Shown: one piece after another, positions 1 to 8,905 of the stretch
Layout: every line of letters begins with the position of its first letter
How positions within the stretch are numbered: position 1 is the stretch's first letter
Source: a virus
Lineage: Duplodnaviria > Caudoviricetes
Virus record (IMG/VR): IMGVR_UViG_3300031994_000004
Reading direction: 5' to 3' (one strand)
Length of the DNA: 64,000 bases
Notes under the pieces: model-generated
Told to the model about the DNA's origin: nothing
The model's input: only the letters and a program-made list of their open reading frames with translations
Databases searched by the model: none
Made by a program: the position numbers and the translations under genes

Positions 1-280
1 CAAAACTTTACAGACTGCATCTTCAGTTTTGAAATGGTTTGATAAATTCCTTGACCTCAGTTATAATTCAGTTATTGAAGGCCGAGCTTGGTGGGTTTCC
101 GAACCAGTTCAAGATGATGTCAAGCAGTATTTGGAAAGTCAAAAAATCCGATCCGAATACAGTTCACAAATTAGTGAATTAGAGAATAAGAAAAGTAAAG
201 AAGAAACTCGTTTTAATGAATACGATAGAAAGTATCGTGATAACTTTGTAAGAGTAAGAACTGCCAAATCCGATTTCTAA
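1..280 (+). CDS. DF-tail protein, 5'-truncated by window edge
   Basis: Frame open from base 2; ends VRTAKSDF*. Confidence 0.7.
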   Translation, partial: KTLQTASSVLKWFDKFLDLSYNSVIEGRAWWVSEPVQDDVKQYLESQKIRSEYSSQISELENKKSKEETRFNEYDRKYRDNFVRVRTAKSDF

Positions 281-291
281 AGGAGACAACA

Positions 292-528
292 ATGTTTTTC
301 AAAAAGAAGCAACCAGTAGAACCACAGTACATCACCAAGGACAATAAACTTGTTGGTGTAAAAATGGGCGAAAAGGAATACAGAATTGCCGCCTATGACT
401 TAATGATGTCTAACAGTCCAGGACAGAAATCTATTTATCTGTTTGACAAGTTCGGACAGAAAGTAGCCTGGGACATTAAATCATTTGAAGAACTGGACGA
501 TATGTTGCGAAGTAATTTTCAGGGATAA
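292..528 (+). CDS. hypothetical protein
   Basis: AAGGAG RBS, 78 aa. Confidence 0.7.
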   Translation: MFFKKKQPVEPQYITKDNKLVGVKMGEKEYRIAAYDLMMSNSPGQKSIYLFDKFGQKVAWDIKSFEELDDMLRSNFQG

Positions 529-592
529 AATTTTGTCCTGCTGACTCTTTCGTAACTAATTTGTTCATAAATAGACTAAAGGAAATTTGATT

Positions 593-1042
593 ATGAAAGA
601 ATTAAGTTGTGGTTTTATTATTATTAACAGGAAAAATCCAAAACAAATTTTGGCTTGCCAGCCAAATGGTCGCAGACCAAATACTCCTGGTAACTATGAC
701 ATTCCGAAAGGTCACCGTGAAGCTGGTGAAACAACTTTGGAGACAGCTATCAGAGAGTTAAAAGAAGAAACTGGTTTCACGATTACAGACGAAAAGATTT
801 TTGACTGTGGTTTGTTCCAGTATCTTAAAAACAAAGATTTGTATGTGTACCTAATGTTTGTGGATTGTGATATACACGAACTGTACTGCGATAGTAAGTT
901 TGAGTTACACGGCAAAATGGTTAATGAAATTGTTGGTTACAAATGGACTGATGATTTTCGTTTGTTCTATAAGTCGCTCCAACCTATTATTCAGGAATGT
1001 TTAGAACACTATGATGAAGGTTATTATGAAGAAGTTAATTAA
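593..1042 (+). CDS. Nudix hydrolase (Ap4A-hydrolase-like)
   Basis: Nudix box GHREAGETTLETAIRELKEETG; N-terminal SCGFII. Confidence 0.85.
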   Translation: MKELSCGFIIINRKNPKQILACQPNGRRPNTPGNYDIPKGHREAGETTLETAIRELKEETGFTITDEKIFDCGLFQYLKNKDLYVYLMFVDCDIHELYCDSKFELHGKMVNEIVGYKWTDDFRLFYKSLQPIIQECLEHYDEGYYEEVN

Positions 1043-1172
1043 AATTACACTAGGTGTATTAGGAATTACTGCCGTTGGTTTTTTCGTCAAACAAGAAAAG
1101 CGCAGATTGAAAAATCTCAGGCGTAACATTGATGAACTGAACCGAAAGCAACCGCCGAAAGCACCCAAATAA
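1026..1172 (+). CDS. small protein with N-terminal hydrophobic helix
   Basis: MKKLIKITLGVLGITAVGFF...; below ORF-track cutoff. Confidence 0.5.
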   Translation: MKKLIKITLGVLGITAVGFFVKQEKRRLKNLRRNIDELNRKQPPKAPK

Positions 1173-1182
1173 AATTTAACCA

Positions 1183-1220
1183 AAAAATCTATTGACAAGC
1201 TCAATAGATTTTTGTATTTT
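1183..1220 (+). promoter_or_regulatory. sigma70-type promoter cassette with hairpin over -35
   Basis: TTGACA 1192, 17 nt, TATTTT 1215; inverted repeat 1183-1195/1201-1213. Confidence 0.7.
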
Positions 1221-1227
1221 AATGACT

Positions 1228-1860
1228 ATGAAACTAACAAATATAAATCCTGAAACAATAAATCAAATACAGTTTGAAATCGCTCAAAAAGTCCTGAACG
1301 ATTGGTTAGATGCCAGTGGTTTTGATTTAGTTACAGAACTGTATCTAACAAAATTCAAATCTAATTACATTACCTGGGAAGGTAGAATGAAGTTTTTGAA
1401 AGAACCTTGGCTTAGAAAATTTAAGACTATTCCGCAGTTACAAAATGACAAAGATTTGGATGTGGAATTAGTCCAGATACAATTTGTACGAAATGAAAAA
1501 GGTTGGTATTTTGACTTATCCGGTAGTTGGTTTCATTATTGGGAACTGTCTTGCCAGTGTTATGATTGGTTTAGAACTGGTGAGAAAAATCCGTATAATG
1601 TGTTCAATAACAGAGTTATGAACTGTGAGAAAAAGTCACTTCAAGAATGGTTTATGAAGTTTGATGAATATATGGAAAAATCTTTATTGAATTTCCGTAA
1701 AGGTTTCTCTATTGTGTTCAATAAAGAACTTGAAAAAGATATGGCAGAAATTAAGAAACTGAATGAAAAACTTCAAGAATTGAATGACGAAAAACAGAAA
1801 CTGTACAAGCGTGGAGTAGCAAAAATTGAAAAAATGTTTGCTATGGCTGAAGATTTTTAG
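1228..1860 (+). CDS. DF-tail protein
   Basis: Ends KMFAMAEDF*; no RBS, ATG 7 nt after the -10. Confidence 0.75.
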   Translation: MKLTNINPETINQIQFEIAQKVLNDWLDASGFDLVTELYLTKFKSNYITWEGRMKFLKEPWLRKFKTIPQLQNDKDLDVELVQIQFVRNEKGWYFDLSGSWFHYWELSCQCYDWFRTGEKNPYNVFNNRVMNCEKKSLQEWFMKFDEYMEKSLLNFRKGFSIVFNKELEKDMAEIKKLNEKLQELNDEKQKLYKRGVAKIEKMFAMAEDF

Positions 1861-1865
1861 TCCTT

Positions 1866-1930
1866 TGTAAACATTATTTTACATAATTTTACATTTTTCT
1901 ATTGACAAACTGTGTTTATTTTTCTATATT
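1866..1930 (+). promoter_or_regulatory. promoter cassette with TGTAAA-N6-TTTACA box
   Basis: Box 1866-1883; TTGACA 1902; TATATT 1925; GAGGTAA RBS downstream. Confidence 0.8.
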
Positions 1931-1959
1931 ATTGGTATAGAAAAAGAGAGGTAACAACT

Positions 1960-2214
1960 ATGACACAGTTTGAATATCTGCTTGAATGGCAACCAAGAAA
2001 CGCCGATTTTTGGCGGGTTTCAAATGTAACTCACCACATTTGCGAAGATTTCAATGATGTGGATGAGGCATTTGAGCATATTGCCGAACATAAATCTTTG
2101 TGGGATGATGAACGCATTTGGGCTTATCGCTTCGGCGAAGAGGTTGTTTTGCTCCACATGGAAAATGAAACTGAAGAAAAGAAACAAATTCTCAAAATGA
2201 AAGGATGGTGCTAA
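1960..2214 (+). CDS. hypothetical protein
   Basis: GAGGT RBS after promoter. Confidence 0.7.
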   Translation: MTQFEYLLEWQPRNADFWRVSNVTHHICEDFNDVDEAFEHIAEHKSLWDDERIWAYRFGEEVVLLHMENETEEKKQILKMKGWC

Positions 2215-2216
2215 TT

Positions 2217-3287
2217 ATGATTTACTACTATGGCGGCTCTTTTGACCCTGTAACTCTCGCTCACATTGAACTGTTTAAGGCTATTGCTAAGCAGCTGGGA
2301 GAAAATGACACTCTCCTGATTGGTGTTGCTAACAATGACGAAAAGAATTATAAGGCACCGATTGGCGACCGAATGGTTATGGTACAGAAGTTGGTTGATA
2401 CCAAGCTCAAGAATACCCAGGTCCGAATCATCCGTCAGGACACACGAACATACAAGTTCTTGCAGGACTACCAGCAACAGTGTGGCAAAACTGATTTCAC
2501 GATTTGCGTTGGTGAAGATGAATGGAAGTCACTCTGCGATGGAAAATGGGTAAACTGGGATTTGCTTTTAAAGCAGTATGAATTTATCGTTTTCAACCGA
2601 GACGAATCTGACGATATTGTCCTTCCGGCACATATTAACCCGAATGTTTGGTTCCAGTCTGCTGGAGATACCAGTGGTATTTCTTCTTCGGCAACGAGAG
2701 AAATTCTGTTCCGCTACCCGGATTGTCATTATGAACAAGTTAAGAATTTGGTAACTCACCAGACCTTCCGTTACATTAAGGAACACGAACTCTATTTCCA
2801 AAATGGTCCTGACTATGAAAAGAAGGAAAAGCAGTTCCTTGCGGAGTATGCTATCAAGAAGGCCCAGAATGGTTGGGGTGAACCTAGTGTTACCACCGAT
2901 ACAGTTGCGTATAATGGTGAGCAAGTACTGTTGATTAGGCGTGGCAATTTCCCATACAAGAACAGTTGGTGCTTGCCGGGTGGTTTCTTTGAAAAGGATG
3001 ACGAAGATTTGAACTATGGCGCAGCTAGAGAATTGCGTGAAGAAACTGGTTTGGATTTGGATCCGACGAAGTTTGAACAAATTAAGACATACGGACACAA
3101 TTTTGACCCTCGTATGAAGATTGTTGATACGGCATTTTCTGTTCGTGTTCCGAAGGCCAAAATGAGTAAGGCTGCTGGTGCGGACGATGCTGCTGAAGCT
3201 CGTTGGTTTGATTTGAATGATTTGCCGAAGCTCGGTTTCCATCACGAACAAATTATTAAGGATTTTCTCAAAAAGCGAGCTGACTAA
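2217..3287 (+). CDS. nadD: NadD-type NaMN/NMN adenylyltransferase fused to a Nudix (ADP-ribose pyrophosphatase-like) domain
   Basis: GGSFDPVTLAH, VGED and ISSSATRE motifs; C-terminal LPGGF...AARELREETG and AGADDAAEARWF. Confidence 0.85.
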   Translation: MIYYYGGSFDPVTLAHIELFKAIAKQLGENDTLLIGVANNDEKNYKAPIGDRMVMVQKLVDTKLKNTQVRIIRQDTRTYKFLQDYQQQCGKTDFTICVGEDEWKSLCDGKWVNWDLLLKQYEFIVFNRDESDDIVLPAHINPNVWFQSAGDTSGISSSATREILFRYPDCHYEQVKNLVTHQTFRYIKEHELYFQNGPDYEKKEKQFLAEYAIKKAQNGWGEPSVTTDTVAYNGEQVLLIRRGNFPYKNSWCLPGGFFEKDDEDLNYGAARELREETGLDLDPTKFEQIKTYGHNFDPRMKIVDTAFSVRVPKAKMSKAAGADDAAEARWFDLNDLPKLGFHHEQIIKDFLKKRAD

Positions 3288-3592
3288 TGACATTTGATGA
3301 AATCGTTTTAACTGCGGCTGAAATGCAGTGTTTGATTGTTCCTGATAGAGATGGAAGAAATTACACTCTATACTCCGAAATGGAAGGGAATGACAATAAT
3401 TCAGTCTGTTGGATTTACCCAAATGCGTTTAATGGTAAAGGTTCAGTTTCGTCTACTTATGATTTTCCACAGGTAGATAGTTTTGAAAATTTCACCAAAG
3501 AAGAACTGATTGCTAGAATTGGTTATATCCGAAATCTTCACAAAGAACGATACATTGAAAAACGACTTGAAAAGATGCAACAGGATTTCTAA
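3287..3592 (+). CDS. DF-tail protein
   Basis: Ends KRLEKMQQDF*. Confidence 0.8.
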   Translation: MTFDEIVLTAAEMQCLIVPDRDGRNYTLYSEMEGNDNNSVCWIYPNAFNGKGSVSSTYDFPQVDSFENFTKEELIARIGYIRNLHKERYIEKRLEKMQQDF

Positions 3593-3996
3593 TGGAAATT
3601 TTTAATGATTTGTTTACAGACGAAGAAAAGGTACTGTTAAAGCAATATGGTGCCTATATGAAGTCAGCTGGGTTTTATTCAGTTGGTGCTGATGTTAATT
3701 GTTGGCGCTTTAAATATGGAGAAAAACCTAAGGATTCATTTTGGGTAGTTGATTTATACTCAGGAGATAAGTTTAGTCCAAGAATCTATCAGTTCAGATG
3801 GGAATTTGATGGAATACATGACCCAACACTTATAACAATAAATGAAGGGATTCATAATGCGTGTTACAAGCCAAAGGACTTTGATGAATTTAAAAAGCGA
3901 ATTGACGAAACAGTATCAAAGTTTGGTGAATACAAAAAGTACAAAAAGCAACTAATTGAAAACAAACGATTACGAAAAATTCAGGCGGATTTCTAA
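3592..3996 (+). CDS. DF-tail protein (WVVDL subfamily)
   Basis: Ends KRLRKIQADF*; paralog of 3996 and 48478. Confidence 0.8.
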   Translation: MEIFNDLFTDEEKVLLKQYGAYMKSAGFYSVGADVNCWRFKYGEKPKDSFWVVDLYSGDKFSPRIYQFRWEFDGIHDPTLITINEGIHNACYKPKDFDEFKKRIDETVSKFGEYKKYKKQLIENKRLRKIQADF

Positions 3997-4376
3997 TGGA
4001 TAGAACTGCACACAGATTTAAAATCTATACTGACTTTATGAAGTCTTTGGGTATTGTACAGAAAGACAGTGGAGGTTATAATAACTGGCAATACGAATAT
4101 AAGCCTGGAGAGTTCTTTTGGATTGCCGATTTACAAAATGCTGATTATGAATTTAAAGCGAGAGTATATGATTTTTATTGGAAGTTTGATGGTGAATTAA
4201 CTGCCGAAGATTTGTATGATGAAGAAGGAGAATTATTAGTTGAATATGACACGAAAAATTTTATAGAATTTAAGAAACTCATAAAAGAAAAACTTGCGGA
4301 ACTGAAACAGTATGATTTTATTAGAAAACAACACATTGAAGAGGACCGTTTGAAAAAACTATCAAAGGATTTCTAA
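3996..4376 (+). CDS. DF-tail protein (WVVDL subfamily)
   Basis: Ends DRLKKLSKDF*. Confidence 0.8.
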   Translation: MDRTAHRFKIYTDFMKSLGIVQKDSGGYNNWQYEYKPGEFFWIADLQNADYEFKARVYDFYWKFDGELTAEDLYDEEGELLVEYDTKNFIEFKKLIKEKLAELKQYDFIRKQHIEEDRLKKLSKDF

Positions 4377-4648
4377 TGACTGAACCTGAGATGATTGTAT
4401 TATTTAATAAACTGGACTGCGTTCTAGTTCCAGGACAACATTTGACAGAAGTCTACACAATGGAAGATGAAACTGCGATGTGTGTTATCGCAAGCCGTTT
4501 CAGTATGGTTTGTTTCTATGATGAAAATTTACCTTTTAGTAAAGTAACTCCTGAGATTATAAAACAGAAAGTAGCAAATTTTAAGATTAGAGATAAAATT
4601 GCTGTTATTCAAGAAAGAATTGTAAAAGCACAAGAGGATTTCAACTAA
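4376..4648 (+). CDS. DF-tail protein
   Basis: Ends ERIVKAQEDFN*. Confidence 0.75.
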   Translation: MTEPEMIVLFNKLDCVLVPGQHLTEVYTMEDETAMCVIASRFSMVCFYDENLPFSKVTPEIIKQKVANFKIRDKIAVIQERIVKAQEDFN

Positions 4649-4977
4649 TGGAAGAAATTTTTAACAAATTAGTAATAGAATTTGGATTGACAGTTTCTGT
4701 TGATAGAAAAGGCGAAAAGTACGGAAAACTACCTGGATTTGCGGGATTTTTGATTGCGTTGGTGCCGACACACGATTATATTATGGTGGCAAAGGAAGTT
4801 TCAAAAACTGACGAAGGAGATTGTTTTTATTTTGGTGCGAATGGTTATAACGATTATGACACAGCAAAAGTAGCAGTTTCCGAAATGATTTTAAAAGCAA
4901 AAGAAATGAATGTAAACAAAAAGATACAAAACTTGGAAACAGATTTCAAGTGTAAACAAAATTTTACATTAAATTGA
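4648..4977 (+). CDS. DF-tail protein with extension running into promoter box
   Basis: KKIQNLETDF followed by KCKQNFTLN*. Confidence 0.75.
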   Translation: MEEIFNKLVIEFGLTVSVDRKGEKYGKLPGFAGFLIALVPTHDYIMVAKEVSKTDEGDCFYFGANGYNDYDTAKVAVSEMILKAKEMNVNKKIQNLETDFKCKQNFTLN

Positions 4978-5016
4978 CGATTTTTTATTGACAACCCTCT
5001 CAATTTTTTCTATATT
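4951..5016 (+). promoter_or_regulatory. promoter cassette with box
   Basis: Box 4951-4968; TTGACA 4988; TATATT 5011. Confidence 0.8.
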
Positions 5017-5041
5017 ATATTGTATAAACGAGAGGTAATAA

Positions 5042-5278
5042 ATGACAAGAGAATTTTTCGTAATCAAGAATCAAAAGGGACAACTGGTTCAAAATTGGAC
5101 CTTCGCTCCAAATGCATTTATTACTTTTTGTAAGAGCCCTGAATGGGCTATGAAATTTGAAACAAAAGAACAGGCCGAAAAGCGACTGGACTATTTCGCA
5201 AAGAATAAGTTCAAGAATGCGTTCGGCTTAAAAATTACCAAAATCCAAGAAAACAAATTCTATAAGGAGATAAGATAA
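5042..5278 (+). CDS. hypothetical protein
   Basis: GAGGT RBS; resembles 23500 and 53887 (AMKFETKEQAE-type motif). Confidence 0.7.
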   Translation: MTREFFVIKNQKGQLVQNWTFAPNAFITFCKSPEWAMKFETKEQAEKRLDYFAKNKFKNAFGLKITKIQENKFYKEIR

Positions 5279-5838
5279 TGGAACTTGAACTTGACGAAAA
5301 CAAAATCCAGTACGTAGTAATTGATGCACAGCCCGACTTTATTGACGGCTCGTTGGGTAACAAGAATTTCAAGGACAAGCTGGGTTATATTGCGAACAAG
5401 ATTCGTGATGCAAAGCGTCCGGTGATTTTCACTCAGGACACGCACGATGAAAATTATGCGAACACTCTTGAAGGTAAGAAGCTCCCAGTTCCGCATTGTA
5501 TCAAGGGAACTCCTGGTCATAAGGTCGCATCTGAATTGACCAGTGTTCTCACAAAGACCCCGATTTTCATTGAAAAGAACACATTTGGTTTCACTGGTTG
5601 GAAGGAAATCCTTGGAACGGCCGATGACATTGATGTGATTTACATTATGGGAACTGTGAACCCGATTTGTCCGGTCGCAAATGCTATCGGTCTCAGAGCA
5701 CTTTATCCGAACAAGCGAATTATCGTTGATTATGCTGGTTGTGGTTTTATGGCCGACGAAAAGGGTGACGAAACCTTCTGCCGCGCAGCTACGAAGTATG
5801 TTCTCAATATGCAGCAGATTGACGTCATCAATGACTAA
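5278..5838 (+). CDS. pncA: nicotinamidase (isochorismatase family)
   Basis: VIDAQPDFIDGSLG, QDTH, PHCIKGTPG, EKNTF and catalytic Cys in NPICP. Confidence 0.85.
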   Translation: MELELDENKIQYVVIDAQPDFIDGSLGNKNFKDKLGYIANKIRDAKRPVIFTQDTHDENYANTLEGKKLPVPHCIKGTPGHKVASELTSVLTKTPIFIEKNTFGFTGWKEILGTADDIDVIYIMGTVNPICPVANAIGLRALYPNKRIIVDYAGCGFMADEKGDETFCRAATKYVLNMQQIDVIND

Positions 5839-5872
5839 CCACTAACAACAAACTAATAAGGAAAAAACAACT

Positions 5873-6685
5873 ATGGAAAATACTGAACTCAACTACAACG
5901 TTATGCCCGGTGGTCTCCTTAATGAAACGCTTCGTAAGCAGGCAGTTGAATGGATCCGACACTATATGAAATCTACTAATGGACGAAAGGCCGTCATTGG
6001 TATTTCGGGTGGTAAGGATTCCACTGTGGCAGCTGCTCTCTGTGTGGAAGCACTCGGGAAAGATAACGTCATTGGTGTTATGATGCCAAATGGTGTTCAG
6101 TCCGACATTAAGGACTCGGAAAAGATTATTGACTTCCTGGGAATTAAGGGTTTGGTTGTAAACATACAGTATGCATATATGAACCTGGTGAACCAGATTA
6201 ACGAAAAGAACATTTCTAGCCAGGCGCAGATCAATATGCCACCGCGTCTTCGTATGACTGTTCTGTATGGTGTTGCCCAGAACATTGGTGGACGTGTTGT
6301 GAACACCTGTAATCTTTCGGAAGATACTGTTGGTTATGCTACTCTTTATGGTGACAGTGCCGGCGACTTCAGCCCTCTCGCTCGTCTGACAACTGAAGAA
6401 ATTGTTGGTATTGGTGATGCCCTTGGCCTTCCGCATGCCCTTGTTCACAAAACCCCGAGTGATGGTCTGTGTGGTTTGACCGACGAAGATAATCTCGGTT
6501 TCACTTATCACGAAATCAACGAACTTGTTCGTAAGGGTGTTAAGGGTCCGCACTATGACGAAATCATCAAGAAGTATAAGGCAAACAAGTTCAAGACTGA
6601 CATGATTCGTGTTCCGGCATTTGAACCAACAAATCCAATTCTTCCTAACCACATTCATGAACTTGAAAACGCAGGAGCAATCTAA
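5873..6685 (+). CDS. nadE: NH3-dependent NAD+ synthetase
   Basis: GISGGKDS, PRLRMTVLY, NLSEDTVGYATLYGD, KTPSDGL...DEDNLGFTY. Confidence 0.92.
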   Translation: MENTELNYNVMPGGLLNETLRKQAVEWIRHYMKSTNGRKAVIGISGGKDSTVAAALCVEALGKDNVIGVMMPNGVQSDIKDSEKIIDFLGIKGLVVNIQYAYMNLVNQINEKNISSQAQINMPPRLRMTVLYGVAQNIGGRVVNTCNLSEDTVGYATLYGDSAGDFSPLARLTTEEIVGIGDALGLPHALVHKTPSDGLCGLTDEDNLGFTYHEINELVRKGVKGPHYDEIIKKYKANKFKTDMIRVPAFEPTNPILPNHIHELENAGAI

Positions 6686-6969
6686 TGCAATTTAAAGACT
6701 TCATTGACATTTCAACCAAAGCTGGTTGTAAGATTGGAAGTAAAACAGACTTCCTCACTAACAAACCAGTTTATACTGTAGAATACAACGGAAGGACTTA
6801 TGCCACTGCAAAATGGTTTGAGGCAGACAAGAAAATGGCTGTGACATTTAGGGATGAGTATCTCAAGTGGTATCAGACCATCATTTTTACTCAGTATGGT
6901 TGTGTTGAAAAGAAATCTGACTATGCGGAAAAATTGGCAAGGGTCATCAAACAAAATAACAAGGAGTAA
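6685..6969 (+). CDS. hypothetical protein
   Basis: TAATG coupling to nadE. Confidence 0.65.
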   Translation: MQFKDFIDISTKAGCKIGSKTDFLTNKPVYTVEYNGRTYATAKWFEADKKMAVTFRDEYLKWYQTIIFTQYGCVEKKSDYAEKLARVIKQNNKE

Positions 6970-6973
6970 TAAA

Positions 6974-7276
6974 ATGAAGAAGTCAAAGACTGTTCCATCT
7001 ACTAATGAACGATTTGCAGTTGTATGGAATTGGGAATCTGATATGAAGATTCTTTTTGTAGAAAATACATTTGACGAAGCTCTCGCAAAGTTCAAAAAGA
7101 AGTTGAAGCCATTCCTTAAAGACAATGAAGGTATTGAAGGTAAATTTGATATGGAAACCTACATTAAGGAACATCCAGACCAATGTGACGAAAGTCGCCA
7201 GGGTGGAAACATTCCTTATATATTTGATTACAACTATGGCGAAATGATTACCATCATTCAAAAGATTAAGGTCTAA
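6974..7276 (+). CDS. hypothetical protein
   Basis: AAGGAG RBS before ATG 6974. Confidence 0.65.
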   Translation: MKKSKTVPSTNERFAVVWNWESDMKILFVENTFDEALAKFKKKLKPFLKDNEGIEGKFDMETYIKEHPDQCDESRQGGNIPYIFDYNYGEMITIIQKIKV

Positions 7277-7290
7277 AGGAGAAATAAACT

Positions 7291-7680
7291 ATGGGACTTT
7301 CTTCACTCAGTTGGCTTGTATTAGCGGGTAGTGTGTGCCACAGCATTGGTATCGCATTTATCCTTATGGCAGTTATCGCTTTCATCATTGGTGGTTTGTT
7401 TGTAATAAACTTCTTTGATGCTGGTGATAAAGAAAAACAGCAATTTAGTCATCGTGCTGGTATTATTGCGTGGGTGTTCACTCTCGTTTTCGCCACGATT
7501 GGTGCTTTAATGCCGAGTGAGAAGGCCGTTTATATGGTTGCTGGCATTGAATTGGTGAACCAGTTCAGTAAGACAGAAACTGCTAAGGAACTCGGTGATA
7601 GCGGGATGTCTATCGTTAAAGACATTACTCAGATCATCCACAATTACACGATTGACGATGACCGCGACAGGAGAAGATAA
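7291..7680 (+). CDS. membrane protein
   Basis: 2-3 hydrophobic helices; paralog of 36144 (P-x-x-x-x-x-Y-M motif, IVKDI/LIKDV). Confidence 0.7.
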   Translation: MGLSSLSWLVLAGSVCHSIGIAFILMAVIAFIIGGLFVINFFDAGDKEKQQFSHRAGIIAWVFTLVFATIGALMPSEKAVYMVAGIELVNQFSKTETAKELGDSGMSIVKDITQIIHNYTIDDDRDRRR

Positions 7681-7682
7681 TT

Positions 7683-8144
7683 ATGGATAAGAAAACTGCA
7701 ATTAAGCAAATTACCAAAATGGCAAAAAGCGACCCGCAGAAATATGACCTGTCAAAGCTCAATGACGCTATTGAAATGATAAATAACGCAAAGGACGTGG
7801 ATGCTCTTTTGATTTTGGGTAAACCACAGGATGCTATTCTCCGCCCTAATTTGTATGACTTCGCACAGGACGAAGTTGACAAAATGAAAGATGCCATTGA
7901 AAGCGCTGGTTATGCAGTCAAAGAAGTTCAACGAATGACACAGGACGAAAACGGCCGAGACGATTATGCGTTTGTTTTAAAAGACGAAAGTAAGAAGGTT
8001 GTTTGGATTTCCAAAATGCGTCCAATGTGGCATGATGGTGATTATAACCTTCTCGCAGTTGGTTTGAATTTCCCTGCATTGTCATTCCAGACTATGGATG
8101 AACTTATTGAAAAGACAGTTTATATGCTTAAAAGGGATGATTAA
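7683..8144 (+). CDS. hypothetical protein
   Basis: 153-aa ORF, RBS. Confidence 0.7.
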   Translation: MDKKTAIKQITKMAKSDPQKYDLSKLNDAIEMINNAKDVDALLILGKPQDAILRPNLYDFAQDEVDKMKDAIESAGYAVKEVQRMTQDENGRDDYAFVLKDESKKVVWISKMRPMWHDGDYNLLAVGLNFPALSFQTMDELIEKTVYMLKRDD

Positions 8145-8145
8145 A

Positions 8146-8379
8146 ATGAAGAAGTTAATGATTAGTTTGGCGATTCTCGCATCAGTCGCATTTGCGTCAG
8201 ATAAGACTGTGTTTGACATTTGTAATGACAAAACTTGTTACACACAAATTCTTGAAAATGTAAAGAGCTGGGAATGGAAAACAGATAATGCTGACAATAA
8301 ATTTGTTCGCATTTATTTCTATGATAAAAAGGTTCTTGACATTACTGGACGAGAACTAACAGTTAAAAAGAGAAAGTAA
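8146..8379 (+). CDS. secreted small protein
   Basis: Signal peptide MKKLMISLAILASVAFA. Confidence 0.65.
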   Translation: MKKLMISLAILASVAFASDKTVFDICNDKTCYTQILENVKSWEWKTDNADNKFVRIYFYDKKVLDITGRELTVKKRK

Positions 8380-8415
8380 TGATTGACAGAGAAACACTAG
8401 GAGGACGGTACTAAT

Positions 8416-8904
8416 ATGGCTTATCCACGTAAGAAAATGACTATGGACGATGCTATTAAGATAGCAAAGAAGAACGGTTACAAAATTCAGGGCAAAGCAA
8501 AACAGAAGCTACCATCATTGTTGGGACCTGTATATGAACTGTTTGAAAGCAGAGAATCAATGTTCAGGCGTATCATTAAGGACTTGAATTTCAAAGTAAC
8601 AAAGCGCGGTGATTTCACTAGCGGTAATTTCTGTGACGAAGTTCACGATAACAAAGAAATTACTATGATTATGATGAAGACTGAACCGTGTTTCTTCGGC
8701 TTATTAAAGAATACAGAAGTCTATATGCCAGAGGGATTTGAAGTCCGTCAAGGTGAATCTGAATACTACATTCACCACACAAAGAAGGACAACATTAAAA
8801 TTACAACCTTCTCTCAGGGCGAAAAGCAGTTGAAGAAGTTGCTTAAGGACTATAAGAGATGCTTGGACGAACTGAAGATTAAGGAACTACAAGAGGATTT
8901 CTAA
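8416..8904 (+). CDS. DF-tail protein
   Basis: Ends LKIKELQEDF*. Confidence 0.8.
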   Translation: MAYPRKKMTMDDAIKIAKKNGYKIQGKAKQKLPSLLGPVYELFESRESMFRRIIKDLNFKVTKRGDFTSGNFCDEVHDNKEITMIMMKTEPCFFGLLKNTEVYMPEGFEVRQGESEYYIHHTKKDNIKITTFSQGEKQLKKLLKDYKRCLDELKIKELQEDF

Positions 8905-8905
8905 A

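Noticed and set aside
3583-3594. GATTTCTAATG as a DNA-level recombination site explaining the DF ends
   Set aside because: Synonymous variants (GAC TTT, GAC TTC), variable extra residues and conserved hydrophobic helix positions indicate protein-level selection.
593-6685. Calling the NAD genes NARP1 or NARP2
   Set aside because: No PRPP-synthetase-like Adps and no Nampt/Namat-like gene is in the window; the enzymes present are different.
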